DNA of 64,000 bases from Selaginella moellendorffii (GCF_000143415.4 NW_003314273.1:1312074-1376073), one strand, 5' to 3'; counted from the first letter of the stretch, positions 46,741 to 61,400 are shown. Notes: a model not told the origin generated them from the letters alone. Numbers and translations are program-made.

Positions 46741-49000
46741 TTGTAAATTTTGTAATAAATCTTGCAAATCAATAAAGAACTATATTGCTATAAATCAAAG
46801 TTTTGTTTCTCTCGTTCCTTAATGCTTAGGTCAGTTTTGGCAAATTGACTTCAGTACTTTGGTGCATGGGTCCAATCCATAACCATGGGGATAACTATTA
46901 TAGACTAATCACAAGTCCCCGCCTCTCTCTTGATGACTCATTTTTGAAAGGGGCATGGTCGTGTAAACAACTTAATCTACCAATTTATAATAGTTGTCTA
47001 AATCTTCTTGATGGGGTTGATTTCTTGCTCAGGGGAGTTGGGCCTCAAGCCTTCTCCCTATATCTCTGTGGGCAGGGATGTGTCATTCCTTTGTAAGCCG
47101 AATGATACTCGGAGCAACAAGGGTGGCTAACTCCGTTAGTCATTTCCTTGTCAATGACAGCTCAAGGGTGTCTGAGTTGTAACGTCTTTGGACATAAATG
47201 AGAGGTCGTTCCATAACTCATTTAAGTCAATGTGTTTCCCACATAGTGTGCTTTTTGTTAACTTTCAGAGTTGTTTCCTTGACAGTTTGCTAGACTCAAG
47301 TATGCATCAACAAGGACATCAATCTTCCCCAAGGGGGGGAGAGTGTCATAAATGTGACTTTGGGCCTATTCTTATGGACATTCTTTTCTTACTACCATGA
47401 CGGTAAGAGGTCGGTATAGTTGGATCCCTTTGGGGGCCCTTCTTATGCTATGTAAGCCACAAATTTTTCCTTTCCAATTTACCAGCTTACCTCGTTTATC
47501 CGACCAACACTGCCTTGGCTTGTGCTAAGTTCCCTTGCCAAGGTTCTCGCCTATTGTACCAGCTCCTACTTGGTCCTACTTGGTTTCAGCTACTCACTGC
47601 ACGAACAACGGAGTGTTAGCCATCCATCTACGGATTCCCAATTCTCTCCCAATCCCCCTCCCCGGGTTAGACTGGACTTAAGGTTCGGCTACACTCCCTG
47701 CAGGCACAAGCAGCCAAGCACACCAAGCCTCCAAGTTCCTAACACCCCTTGGTACAACAAGACTTGATCATGGGACCCTCTAAATCCCAAGCCTTGGGTG
47801 CAGCACTTGCTTCGGGACGTCAGGGCGAAACACCATGGCCTAACGGCTCGGTATGGGTACCTCTACCCCCCCACTTCCATCCCGAGGGGAAGGCCCAAGC
47901 CCCTAGGAAGGGCGAGGACCAATAAGCCACAAGGTACTCAAGTGGGACACCACTCCACCTGAGCCGGAGCACCGCAATCGATTTCCCTTTCGGGAGTGGG
48001 AGCTGCTCTTGAACACTTCCCTGGGTGGCCCCTCCGGCACCACCCAAGCCCATGCTCACTCCCACCCAAGGCCCCTCGGCCCCAGTCTCAACCTCAAGTC
48101 AGTTTGGAAGCACCACTGGAGAGTTCCTTCAAGACTGGTTCCTGGACCTCACTATCCCTACTATACTTTTGGAACCCCCTGCAGCCCCCCCCCCTCTGGG
48201 AGATGCACGCTTTGGGCTTTCACCCCTTGACCCGTATTAGTACTCGAACTTAGTCTCTGGCTCGATCTCAGACTCGATCTCGGATCCGACTTCGGATTCG
48301 GTCTCGGACTCGATCTCGGACTCGATCTTAGACCCGATCTCGGACCCGACCTCGGACTCGACCTCGAACTCGGTCTCGGATCCAATTTCGGATCTCGGAC
48401 TCCGTCTCAAACTTGGTCTCGAACTCGGTCTCCGAGTCGGTCTCGGACTCGATTCCGGACTCTATCTCGAACTCGGTCTTAGAGTCGGTCTTGGACTCGA
48501 TTTTAGACTTGGTCCCATCCGATGAACTCTTTATCATTTTGGTCATGCTTTCGGGGCTCCTTTAGCCTACGACACCTCGGCGAGTTGGTTCCTTCCAACT
48601 CCACCACCCATAGAAGAAGTTCGATGCCCACATCGAATGTCTCTTTTTTATCCTACGACTTGTTGACCATGTCTCCAAGGGCATCCCCCCACTTAGCGGT
48701 GTGCCTAAGTTAGCCTCCCCAGCCAAGAGCCCATGACAACGAAATATAGGTGTCCCTATACTCCTCACCTCACCACGCCCTAGTATGGGGTTGGGACTTG
48801 AACCCAGCCTTGCTTTACTAGGGGGTTGGGACTCGAACCCAACCTCCGTAGAATACGTCTACGGATTCGACATCCCCGCAGGGAGTCGGGCGTAGTTCCC
48901 TACGCCTAGTCGACCTAGGTAACCCATGCTAATTAGCTTACCTTCGGCGCGCCATTGGGTCCCAACATATGCCATTGCTCAACTTCTCAAATTGATACTT

Positions 49001-52000
49001 TTAATTGAACTTTGCATAAGTACATAGAGTTCTGCCTTGCAGAAATTCCTCCACTAGATCTCGCGTGTTCGCTAGGTTCTCCTCCGGTTCCCATGTTGCT
49101 TCGCAGTGTGGAAATCCTTTCCACTTCACATGGAACTCTCTCACCTCGCGTCCTTGTCGCTTGCTCTTGCGTGCATTGAGGATGGCCTCGACTTCGTATT
49201 CCTCTTCCCTTTGGATAACCTCAGGTAAAGGTCTTACTTGGTCCTTGCGAAGCGGATCCTCAAAATACGGCTTGAGTAAGTTCACGTGGAACACGGGATG
49301 CATCTTCCCCATCTCTCGAGGAAGTCGGAGACAGTAAGCCACTTTACCGATTCGAGCCTCAATCTCGTAAGGCCCCACGAACCTGCTTAAGGAACTCAAG
49401 ATCAATTCATTTACAGGAATACATGCATTTTTACCTTTGGGTCAACTTTTGGCTGATCCCACTTGGTAGTCTGAGGTTCTTGGTGTTCAGCCACACCTTC
49501 TCCCCAGCTTGGAACTCTACATCCCGGCACTTCTTTGCAACAAGCCCCCACTAGCCTTAGTCATGGCTTTGACCTGCTGACATATTGGACATGTCTTTAC
49601 ATAGTCTTGGACGTCCTTAGCCATATCTGGCCAATGGTACTTCCTCTTGAGTAAGCCCATTGTCTTGGGCACTCCGCCGTCTCCCGCAAGAGGTCCGTCA
49701 TAACACTCTTCTAAGGCTACCTTCCTTAGTTCCCCTTCTGGAATATACACCCTCGTTTGCTTGTAATAGATGAGTCCGTTGCGTTTCGCATAACCCATTT
49801 TCTCTTCCGTTGGCAGCTCACCTCTCTGCTGAGCTTCCCGTGCATCTAGATTCCTTAGCAACACTTCTTGTGCTAAACTATCATTCTCATATGCTGTCCG
49901 CACATCGTCCCAAAAGGTTGCTGTCGCACTGGATATCGCCAACCTCAAGCTTGCTTTTCGACTTAGCGCATCCACCACGATGTTGTTCTTCCCAGGCTTG
50001 TACAGAATCTCGCAATCAAACTCGGCCAAGGCATTGGCCCACCAACCTTGTTTCCCTCTCAGGTCGGGCTATGACAAGAAGTGTTTCGTTGCCACATTAT
50101 CCGTGTAAACCTTGAAGTGTCTCCCAAGGTAGTGTCGCCATTCCTTGAGCGCCTTAACCACTGCAAACAATTCCTTCTCGTGGGCAAGCCACTTCCGTTG
50201 AGCCTTGTCCAACTTCTTCGAGAAGAACGCTACTAGATGGTTGTCTTGCTTCAAAACTACGCCCAACACAAAGTCCGAAGCATCCGTTTCTACCTCAAAG
50301 TCCTTACCAAAGTCTGGTAATGCCAACACGGGAGCCTTCCCCAACTTCCCTTTGAGGTGGACGAATGCCGCCTCGCATTCTACTGTCCATACCATCTTCC
50401 CTTTTCCTGTTTGGTCCGTTAAGGGTAAGGCTACTCTTAAATAGTGTCTGATAAACTTTCGGTAGTAGTTGCATAGCCCCAAGAACGCCCTCAACTCATG
50501 TACATTCGATGGTCGTTCCCATTCCTGGATCGCTTAGACCTTCTCCGGGTCCACCTTGAACCCGTCCTGGCCCACCACATGCCTGAGAAACTTTACCTCT
50601 TGTTGAGCAAAGTCAAATTTGCTCTCTTTAGCATATAGTTTGTGTTCCCTTAGTTTCTCAAACACCTTTGCCAAGTGTTCGGCATGCTCCTTTAGCGTCT
50701 CACTATAGATCAGGATGTTGTCGATATAGACGACCACGAAGTGATCCAGATATGGTACAAAGATGTGGTTCATCAGCACCGAAAACGTTGCTAGCGCATT
50801 GCATAGCCCGAAGGGCATCACCAGAAACTCAAAGCTCCCATACCTCGTTCGACAGGTTGTCTTCTCGACATCTTCCTCAGCTACCCTAATCTAGTAGTAT
50901 CCTGACCTTAGGTCAATCCTCGAGAAGTATTTTGCCTTTCCCAACCTGTCGAACAGGTCCTCAATCCTTGGCAAAGGGTACTTGTTCTTCTTTGTATACT
51001 TGCTGAGCAACCAGTAATCTATGCACATGCGCATAGATCCATCTTTCTTTTTTACAAATAACACCGGCACCCCATATGGCGACTTGCTCAACCTAACATA
51101 CCCTTTGTCCACCAACTCCTCTAGTTGGCACTTGAGCTCTGCGAGTTCTTTTTCGTTCAAACGATAGGGGGGATGAACCACCGCCTCAGCACCCTCGACC
51201 AGCTCAAACTTATGTTCTATCGGTCGTGCGGGGGGCAACCCCACCGGTAACTCCTCTGGCATGGTATCCTGGAATTGGTCCAACACCCGTCGGATCACTA
51301 AAGGTACTTCTTCTGTTCCTGTCTTTTTGTCACTCTTCACCAAGAGTAAGCACAAAAATGCTACATTAGTTCCTTTAGTGAGTTGTCCTCTCGTGGGCAC
51401 CAGGTTTAAGTAGGATTCTTTAGCCTTGCTTTGCCCTACCTTTAGATCCTGGGCCTCCACTCTAGATCTTCTTCCTTGGGCATTCGCCAGTACCACAAGG
51501 TTTCTACCTTGTCCATGCAGGGCTACCACAAACCAATTGAACCAATCCATTCCGAAGATCACGTCAAATCCCGCCATGTCTAGCACGGTGAAATCCATGT
51601 CTACTTTCCATGTCCCTACTTTGACTCTCGCTTGTCGAAGTACCTCATCGGTGCTTTGGCTACCTTGAACAAACTCTATAGTCCTTGGTTCGCCTAGCCG
51701 CTGCACCGTTAGTCCGGCTTGCCGGACTATGTCTACAGCCACAAAATTATCCGAAGCACCCGTGTCAATAAGGATCTTAACAAAGCTACCTCCGAGCTTC
51801 CCTCGGAGGGCTAGTAGATGTCGCGAACGACTCTCTACCAAAGTTGCTCGTGTAATGAGTAACTTTGAGTTAGGGACTGGATCGCATACCTCAGTTTGGA
51901 CTTCACCCGACTTGATGGCCATCTTGGCTCTGGCCTTCTTCGGGTAGGGACATTCCCTTGAAAAGTGTCCCGCTTCACCGCAGTTGTAGCATACGTTGTT

Positions 52001-53059
52001 TCCCACGCTACTATATGACTTGACCTTCTTATCTGTCAGTTTGTCCCTTTTCGCTTGACTCCCCCACGTACTCGTTCGCTGGCCACCGGATTTGCCTTTC
52101 CGGAACCCCGAGGACTCATTCTTAGAGAAACTCTTCTTGAATTTCCCTCTGCTATACGTTCCTCTTGGTTTGGCCCCTTTGCTAAACATGGATCCCGACC
52201 CCGTCGTGTTCCCCTTTCGCAGGTTATCGTTGAAATGCACCTTGATGGCCGCATCCAACGCTTCCTTGTAGTTGGTCGGGTTCCAGCGCATCATCTCACC
52301 GCGAGCCCAGGTTTGCAAACCTGATATGAAGGCATGGAACGCATCCATATCCCCCATGTCCGTGACAAGTATCCTCTTTGCCATAAACCCATTCACATAT
52401 TCCTGGATGGTTCCAATCTGCTTCAGCCTACTCAGCTCATCTCTCAGATGCAGAGTGGCATTTGGTGGAACATATGTTGCGCGGATGCTTGCCTTCATCA
52501 TGTCCCAAGTGGCCACTGGTCCTTCGTTGGCCTCCGTCGTTCTCCACCAAGACTTGGCATTATCTGCCAAGTATGGTTTTGCACATGGGACCTTCTCCGA
52601 GCTCGGTAATCGCAACGCTCGGAAGTAGTCCTCCATATCGTAAAACCAATCCTCCACCACCTTATAGTCATTCACTCCCTTGAAGACCAGTGGGGGCTTT
52701 GGTTTGTACTTGGGAACTGCCTGAGGGACTGATTCTACTTCACTCTGTTTGACCTTGTTTGGTTCTGCCTCAGTCCCTGCCGAAGGGTCCACACCTTCTG
52801 CACTGCCAGCATCCGCAGTCTTTCTCTTTTTCTTCCGCTTCTCGTCACGCTTTAGCTTGCATACGAGAGTCTCCAACAGGGCATTGGTCTGTGCCAACTG
52901 TCCTTCTAGCACGTCCAATTGAGTCTTGGACAACCGAACCTCGCCACCGGACTCCTGTTTGGAAGTTTCCTCACTAGAGTCCTCCTCATGCAAGGATTCC
53001 TCATCCATAGCCTCTTGTTCGACCAGAGGCTCCAGCTCCGGTGGAGGTTCCGTCTCCAC
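49001..53059 (-). pseudogene. gag-pol of copy C (gag, CCHC, protease, RT, RNase H, integrase zinc finger, GPY/F, chromodomain)
   Basis: A 722-aa ORF plus in-frame continuations 50821-50534, 50494-50069 and 50029-49517 separated by point stops. The integrase core is deleted at ~49535 (LLQ joined to the KCRDVEF region). Intron 2 at 49383-49434, chromodomain 49210-49040. Confidence 0.92.
49383..49434 (-). other. Intron 2 homolog (52 nt) in copy C
   Basis: Minus strand acccaaag|GTAAAAATGCATG...TTCCTTAAGCAG|gttcgtggggccttac. Removal restores KLTQRFVGPYE. Confidence 0.88.
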
Positions 53060-54524
53060 CTAGGTTCGCTTACGCCCTGCCCTTGCCATCTCCCAGCAAT
53101 CCGCCTCTATCCTTCGCTAGAACTGAGGAAAACGCTCTGATACCAAATTGTAAGCCACAAATTTTTCCTTTCCAATTTGCCAGCTTACCTCGTCTATCCG
53201 ACCAACACTGCCTTGGCTTGTGCTAAGTTCCCTTGCCAAGGTTCTCGCCTATTGTACCAACTCGTACTTGGTCCTACTTGGTTTCAGCTACTCACTACAC
53301 GAGCAACGGAGTGTTAGCCATCCATCTACGGATTCCCAATTCTCTCCCAATCCCCCTCCCCGAGTTAGACTGGACTTAAGGTTCGGCTACACTCCCCACA
53401 GGCACAAGCATCCAAGCACACCAAGCCTCCAGGTTCCTAACACCCCTTGGTACAACAAGACTTGATCATGGGACCCTCTAAATCCGAAGCCTTGGGTGCA
53501 GCACTTGCTTCGGGACGTCGGGGCAAAACACCGTGGCCTAACGGCTCGGTATGGGTACCTCTACCCCCCCACTTCCATCCCGAAGGGAAGGCCCAAGCCC
53601 CTAGGAAGGGCGAGGACCAATGAGCCACAAGGTACTCAAGTGGGGCACCACTCCACCTGAGCCATGAGCACAGCAATCGGTTTCCCTTTTGGGAGTGGGA
53701 GCTGCTTTTGAACACTTCCCTGGGTGGCCCCTCCGGCACCACCCAAGCCCATGCTCACTCCCACCCAAGGCCCCTCGGCCCCAGTCTCAACCTCAAGTCA
53801 GTTTGGAAGCACCACTGGAGAGTTCCTTCAAGACTGGTTCCTGGACCTCACTATCCCTACTATACTTTTGGAACCCCCTGCCCCCCTGGGAGACGCACGC
53901 TTTGGGCTTTCACCCCTTGACCCGTATTAGTACTCGGACTTAGTCTCTGGCTCGATCTCGGACTCGATCTCGGATCCGACTTCGGATTCGGTCTCGGACT
54001 CGATCTCGGACTCGATCTCAGACCCGATCTCAGACCCGACCTCGGACTCGACCTCGGACTCAGTCTCGGACCCGATTTCGGATCTCAGACTCCGTCTTGA
54101 ACTCGGTCTCGAACTCGGTCTTCGAGTCGGTCTCGGACTCGATTCCAGACTCTATCTTAAACTCGGTCTTAGAGTCGGTCTTGGACTCGATCTTAGACTT
54201 GGTCCCATCCGATGAACTCTTTATCATTTTGGTCATGCTTTTGGGGCTCTTTTAGCCTACGACACCTTGGCGAGTTGGTTCCTTACATGCTAGTGGAGTT
54301 AACTAGGTATTTCGAGTGTACCTAAACTGGATGAGCATAAGGATAGAATTCCTACATATTATTAACTAAACATACTTAGCCTAGTAAGGAGTTCTCGTCT
54401 CATTATGTCTTGCACTAGCTACTGACAAGAACCCTTACGTATTGAGAGTAGTCCCTCAATATTGCTGGATGATGGCTTATTGTGTTTGCCAAACACCCTC
54501 GCTATCATGCCCTTTGTGTTAGTC

Positions 54525-56200
54525 TCATTTTGGTCTTAAATGCTATTTATGAAAAGTGTCTAGATTTTCTCATTTGATATATCTAAAATGTAGAGATTGT
54601 CCTGAATGCAATGGTGTTTGTCCCGTGTCCAAATTCACAATCTGACATTCTATATTTAGTAAGCTTCAAGCTTGTCCCAAAGACTAAGTCCTGGTACTAA
54701 GGGAGGCTTGGGGTGAAATCCCAAAGCATGTGTTCCTTTGGGGGGGGTAATGGGGGGTTTCAAATGTATAGTAGGGATAGTGGTTGAAATGCATGTCTGA
54801 CCAACTAAGACATTAGTTTGGCTCTTGCTAGGCTGTGTTGCTCCTTGTTCTGCATCTGGCTTGGGTCAAAACCCAAGCTCCATGTTGCTTTAGTCAATGG
54901 GGTACCCTCCTCCTCGCGTTAGGCCACTAGTATGCCAAAATTGTGCCAGACACTATTTAACACCATTTTGTATGCAAGTGCTACATTTGGGGAGCTGGTG
55001 GTCATGGGATTATACCAAACCCTTATTTTGTAGCACAACCGCTTGGAGTTCGGCTCCAAATTCAGGTGCGCTACATTTATAGAAGATGAAAAGTCTACAT
55101 AATTGTGGTTTTTACTAATCAATGCTTCTAGCCCCTCTCAACAACTGTCAAAATACTATATGGGTAGATGCTTTTTCCACTATGTATGGAAGAACTCTTC
55201 ATATCACTAGCCTATGCTCCTCAATAAAATTTGTCAAAACCAATTTGTCATTGCTCCTACTATCCAATTAAACCTGCACTATACCACTATAGAACACACT
55301 CTCCAGCATTAAAGCTGATGCACAAGTGTCTTCAGCCTCCACCTTGTTCTAAACATAATTGAATTGATAAGCAATGATCAAGAGCTGATTTCTCTTACCA
55401 AAATAGTCCTCATCATCTTTATGCTATAGATTTTGCAAATTCTTAGTATCTGACTTATTGTCATTAGAAGATTGACCATTCTTCTTATTGTGCTGTCATT
55501 TCTTTAGTTATGAATAATAAGTTTTATAATGTCTAAGCTCACTACAATGACGACAACTTTTCTTCTTTGACCCCTTTATACCCAAAGTAGCCACTACAAA
55601 TATTAGCTTATGATGTTTATTCCTATCTTTATGTTCACATAGTTCTTGATTGAATAACTTTTTGAATGTTTCTGTGATATGTACTTGTCATTGTCAAGAC
55701 AACAAGCCACACATTTCGGTCCCAAATGCTATTTATGGAAAGTGTCCAGATTTGCTTTTGCTCATTTGGCATATCTACGGAATGTAGAGATTGTTCTGAA
55801 CACAATGGTGTTTGTCCCGTGTCCAAATTCACAGTCTAGCGCCATTCCATATTTAGTAAGTTTCGAGCTTGTCCCAAAGACTAACTCCTGATACTAAGGG
55901 AAGCTTGGGGTGAAAGCCCAAAGTGTGTGTTCCTCAAGGGAGGGGGCGGGGGGGGGGGGGGGGGGGGGTTCCAAATGTATGTAGGGATAGCGGGTAGATT
56001 GAGCATGGCCGACCAACTTAAGGCATAGTCTAGCTCCCGCTTGCGTGCCTGTCCTTGTTCTGCATTCAGCTTGGGTCTAAGCCCAAGTTCTATTCCATGC
56101 TATCTGGTGAAGTACCCATGTCCTTGCATTAAGCCACCGGTATGCCGAAATAGCGCTAGACTCTATTTGACTCCGTTTTGCATGCTAGTCCTGGCATTAG
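54525..56200. repeat. Two diverged copies of an LTR-like unit (~54525-54990 and ~55712-56190) flanking an old family-1 gag/protease fragment (~55170-55710, minus strand)
   Basis: Shared aaatgctatttatg.aaagtgtc.agattt...tggtgtttgtcccgtgtccaaattcaca...ggggtgaaa(t/g)cccaaag...polyG...aaatgtat. 54980-55080 is an inverted homolog of 41637-41725, and 55280-55370 matches 15290-15380. Confidence 0.7.
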
Positions 56201-58435
56201 GATGCTAGTTACTCTAGGATTGTTCCAAGTCACTCCGGGCTCCTGTCCCTTCACTCCTTGGGCTGTATGCTCGGGAGTTGCTCTATGGTCCGATTCCATC
56301 ACTCCTTGGCTCCATGCTTGGGAGTTTGGCACCATTCCTTCATTTAGTGGCCCAAGGCCCTGAACCTCAGGTTCTGCACCACTATCCTTTGGACATGTGG
56401 CATATGACACGTGGCATAAAAAGGGTTTAGGTTCCGCTTCATGGTGTTATCCTATGGTAAATCACCATAGGATAAAAGGTCAAAACAACATGTGCTACAT
56501 GTTCCAGGAATATCCAACCATGTACATGTGTAGACTTGGATTCAGCCAATGTGGTGCTGCCACCTGGACAATGCCTGGTTATATACAGCCACATACAACC
56601 ATCCGTGCATGGTTTACAGATTGCATGCCATATCTAGACCTCATCTTCTGTTCTTATGGACACAGTTACCATTGTCTTTTCCACTTGAGACTGTCTCCAT
56701 AAGTACAACTTGTTTGCATGAGGTTTGTGAAATGCAGTTGGTCTGAAATGTATATCACACTGTAGATGTTTTGAGGCATATCATTCCTTTTATTTGTTAC
56801 AGCTGTTTTACATGGCAGCAAAGGGGTGTCTGAAGCTGCACCAGGCAGTTCATTTGGGACGTTACATTTGACGACTGGCTTGTATGTACTGCTACCATTC
56901 AAAGGTTTGAAACCTCTGACATGGTGAAGAGACAACCAATGGCAATGCAGGAATTACATCAGAATCCAGGTAAAACTTTTCTTCAAACCTACCTTTTCGA
57001 AGTGCAAGAAATCATGAACAAGTATTAGACTCACGGACCTTCACAGGTAATCATTGTTTTGCTTTCAAGTTCTTGGTTATAGCATGGCATGTTTTAATTG
57101 AGTACCAATCTCCTTTGGCCAATCGCCAGCACTGTCTTGCACTCTTCAAGGCTTGACAGTGAAACATCTTGTTTACAACCCTGTGAATGAATTTTCACTC
57201 CTGCTGAGAACAGTCATTAGTTTTGAAGGATTATGTGGATTTCCAAATTTATGTTGGAGTCAAAGATTGCATGCATATTAAATTGAGCTTCTTCGTGTTT
57301 CTGATGGACAGGAGTTTTTTACTTAGAAAAAAAGCGAGCATAAATTAGTCGATAGCCAAGCAAGATTTTGGACATTCAAGATTCAAGTATTCTGGATCTG
57401 CAAAAGGTTTAGTAGTAAAGCACAAATTGATGGCCACCATCTGCTACCAAGTACTTCACAGATCGTGATAGAATGGAAGTTCGTAGGAAAAAACTACTTT
57501 AACTACACTTCTACATGCATTCCATGCATGCGGTCCACGAGCTCCTTGTCTCATTCTCCTGCTTTTGAATGTTGATGAATGTCGCTTTTATATATTCCCA
57601 CTTGTTGCATAAATACTTGAGTCATCCACTTCTAACAAGCATCGCCTTTTTTTTCTTCAGTTTCATGAGCAAAAAAAGAAAGAAATCCAAAACTTTGCTA
57701 CTTGATTTTGAAGTGTATATATACTTGTGCAGCTGTTTGGCCCTTTCTTTTCCCGTGTTTTGAGCTTGATAACCAAGCTCCCCACATTCCTTTTTTGTGA
57801 TATTTCAAAAAAGAAAAATAAAAACCTCTCGTCAATCCTGGGCCCGACTTTGACCTCCAGAAAACACCTATGAGGTTCCCGGGTGGTTATTACTCGTGTT
57901 CCGGAGAATTCCAGGCCTGGCCTCCATGTTCATAATGCCCTTTCCCAAGTGTTAAATTTCTAGAGGTGCTGTTAGAGCGCTGCTATTGTCTTGAGATAAT
58001 GTAGTGTCTTAGGTGATCCTTAAGATGAGAATTTACATCCACATACATCTTTTTTATTTTATGCCATTCTCATTAGTGGAAAACCCGCCCCAGTTTGGAA
58101 CGTCTTTCTTGGTTGGAAAACATTTTAAACATCTAAAAACCTCCGCACAACAAAAAAAAATAGCTTACTGTTAAGGTTGTTCATCTTTTTTTAGAAATAT
58201 GACTGTAATTGTGAGCTACCTGTGAGCAATAACGTGCTACTGGCAGTTATCAAATCCGAAACGAATGCCTCTAAAAGATTTTGCTTGAGATTTGAAAATG
58301 GAATCCACAAACACTCCATCCATGCTAAAAGGATCCCCCAAACACAACACATGATTTTTCTACGTTAAAGTTATTGAAACTAAATGCATGTATGACATTT
58401 ATCAGATAGTGAAGCCTGCTGAGTAGCTTTGTCTC

Positions 58436-61400
58436 CTAAACTTGAAAGCTTACCTTGCTGAGTGCAGCAGCAATAGCTTCACAACTAGTTGCGACAAGAT
58501 TATTATTACTCTCAGATGGGACAACGTCTTCTCTAGTCCCAGTCGTGTGAACCACATCTTCCTTGCCAGCAGCTCTGTGAGGAACAAGGCCTGTTAAGAC
58601 AATAATCTTATGGATCCCGGATAGCAGCTGCTCGTAATCGGAATCACCGGTCTCACCAACAAAAACAACAGTGTTTCCTATATCCATTCCCCATCTCACA
58701 AACAAGTACCTGACATTATGCAAGAAAATGAAATACTCTCTATACATGTTTCAGATACCTTATGGCCTGGGAACGAGAGGCCAGCAATGGAACTATGTGA
58801 AGCTTTGTGGTATTCAGGCAGTAGATAATATGACACCTTAAGCCACGCATTCTCAAGAGGCGACGGTACTCATCCACTTTCACCATCTAATTCACAGATA
58901 AATAGCTAACAGACAATGCAGGACAAGTTAAAGACAATGTTAACTACTTACATTTGCGGTATTGACCCGATAAGCAACGCAGTGCGTGCTAGAACGCAGT
59001 TCCTCCTCAATGATTATTGGCAGGTCTCCAGCCTCTGAGAAAGTAAGCCTGCTCATTGCCTTCCTTATCCCGTCGCTATTCCAGTGATAATCAATGTGAT
59101 GATCATAGTCATAATCTGGCACCAGGTGCACCTGACTGTTGAAGCTCATTGAAGGATAGTACAGCGAAGCACCACTGTTGCAAACCAAGGCATCAAAATC
59201 TGTCACGGGTATTCCATCTTCTGCAAGCGCTGATAGGGTCTCTGAAGCTGTCATGGCCGTAGAAAGAATAAAGCCCGTTAACCCCATCTTACAAGCTGTG
59301 AATATCTCACGAACTGCAGCCAGCATGTTCTTGGAAGCTTTATTGCTGTCGTAGCTGTCTATTGCTAGAACACACACTTTTTTTCTTCTCCTTAAGAAAG
59401 GGAACTTACAATTTTGCAACTTCTCCAGCCCAATAAGTTTCTGTTCCGTAGCCACTATACTTAGTTGTTTGTCATATATTTGCTTGCCCTTCTCAACGTT
59501 CTCGGGTACTTCTCCATCGTCAGATAGCTGTAAAGATATGTCTTCCACATCCTTTAAAGAATCTTCCTGGGAATTGTCCTCAGTACTATGATTAGAAAAA
59601 TTGTTTTGCCATAGCGGCTGTTTCCTTTTGCAAAGAGATATCTTTGATAGATATGTTTTGCAATGTTCAGGCCATGAATACATGTGAATATTTTTTAGGC
59701 CGTTACGACGGCATTCTCCCCACAACAAACGATCGGCAACAAGTTTGATCAATGCAGTTGCGATGGCTTGCTCATCGTGTGGATCCACAAGAACTCCATT
59801 ACTCAGAGTCTTTAATAGAAGACAAAACTCATTAATAAATTTAATGAAAAATACTGACTCACCTTTTGAATATCTACTGGACCTCCATTCATTGTAGCAA
59901 CCATAGGTAAACCATGTGCAGCTGCCTGTGCACACGGTTTATGAAACCAGAAAACAGGCAATACTAGCAACAAACCTCAATAAGGGTCAAACCAAAGGGC
60001 TCCACCAGTGCAGGGTTGATAAATACGCCCTGCTTTCATAAGGTTCACTAATTTTTTTCTTTTTAAAAGGAGTAATACCTTAGTTTTGGCAGCTAGCCGA
60101 TAAATGTCTGGAACTTCATTTTGCTTGTGATGTTTTGGGTATGCAACTTGACCATAAAGATCGTACTTGTCTATAAGTTTAAGGACAATCGTGAGTATAT
60201 TGGAGCTTGTGCCTGGCATTGTATCGATGTCATCTCTGTTCCCCATTATTAATGTCTGTACATAATTGACCATGTAAAAAGACATTGTCCATCTAAAGTT
60301 ACCTCTACCATATTTGCCAATTCCCGTAGCGGCTTGCTTTCTCCAAAGGCTTTTACAAGCGTTGCTAGGTTCTTTTTTGGATCAGGTCGAGCAAGGGCCA
60401 GAATCATTGGCTTATGGGGGTTGGTAAAAAACTTCATAACCTGGTTTGAGCTGAGTGAAGAACCAGAAAAGCCATTTTCTTTACAAACCTCACTCCAAAT
60501 AGGTGGTTCAGGTTTAGGAGATGGAGGCGCCACAGGGATGCCTTCTCCTTCTATTTCACCTTCTAGTATATCAAATGCTTCTTGGTCAACGCTTCTGAAA
60601 TCCATTCCAGGTGCAATAACCTGCACTTCATTCTTGGAAAAGTAGCTTAAAGAAAATCAACTTACTGCCATGCGAGGCATGTGTCGGCCATGACAGCTGA
60701 CGCCTCTTTTTATTCTAGCCCTCAAAACTTTTTCAAGCTTCAGATCAAAACCGTCGTATAATCCCCACTGTTCTTCAATTTCTTGTCTTGTACTAGTTAT
60801 GACGAGTTCCGCAGTGTCTAAGGAAAACTCTTCAGCTTCTATTCTCCGCATAATTTTGTAGTTTGTGTTGATATCTGTCTTAGACTGCCGTCCTTGCTTC
60901 AACAGTTGTTCAAGTTTGTTGCGGCCCAGAGAATGACCTGTTAAGACCATTGGTACGTTCAATGCACCTGAAATCAGAGCAGCAATATCCCCTGCGTCGG
61001 CATAATGTCCATGAATCACATAAGGCCATACCGAGTCCCCACCAGTTATCTGTTCTCCTAAAGCTTTAGCCATGTTCACAATGTGCGTTAGCGACCCATC
61101 TACAAATTCTTGAATATATGGCCATAATAATTCCTTCCGTAGATATTGATCCCTCGGACCACAGGGAATGCGCACAATGTAGGCACCACTACTCTCTCCT
61201 ACTTCGTCTCCGCAGCAGTCATAAGAACCTGGGGCTAACGTTTCTGTGGGCTCACCGTAGCTACGGTCAACATCTGGTGCCAAAATTTGACGAGTTAACA
61301 AATCCACGCGGTAAACTTCGGGCATCATAGCTAAAGCTCTTGCAAACTCCACAACATACTTGACCTATAGCTGGCGTCTTTCAAAGAAACGAACTCAACT

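Larger units (their letters stand above)
47451..54287 (-). mobile_element. Family-2 chromovirus copy C, structurally complete except for an integrase-core deletion
   Basis: LTRs 47451-48597 and 53149-54287, PBS (reverse complement gctctgatacca) 53134-53145, PPT 48598-48611, TSD TGCTA at 47446-47450 and 54288-54292. Confidence 0.95.

Noticed and set aside
48975-49025. Possible third intron in the AT-rich stretch after the chromodomain
   Set aside because: The donor is GT in copy C but GC in E and G, and no conserved protein motif is restored, so it cannot be supported.
56397-57300. Short ORFs that might be exons of a host gene
   Set aside because: No recognisable domain or consistent splice pattern, and stops interrupt the candidate frames.
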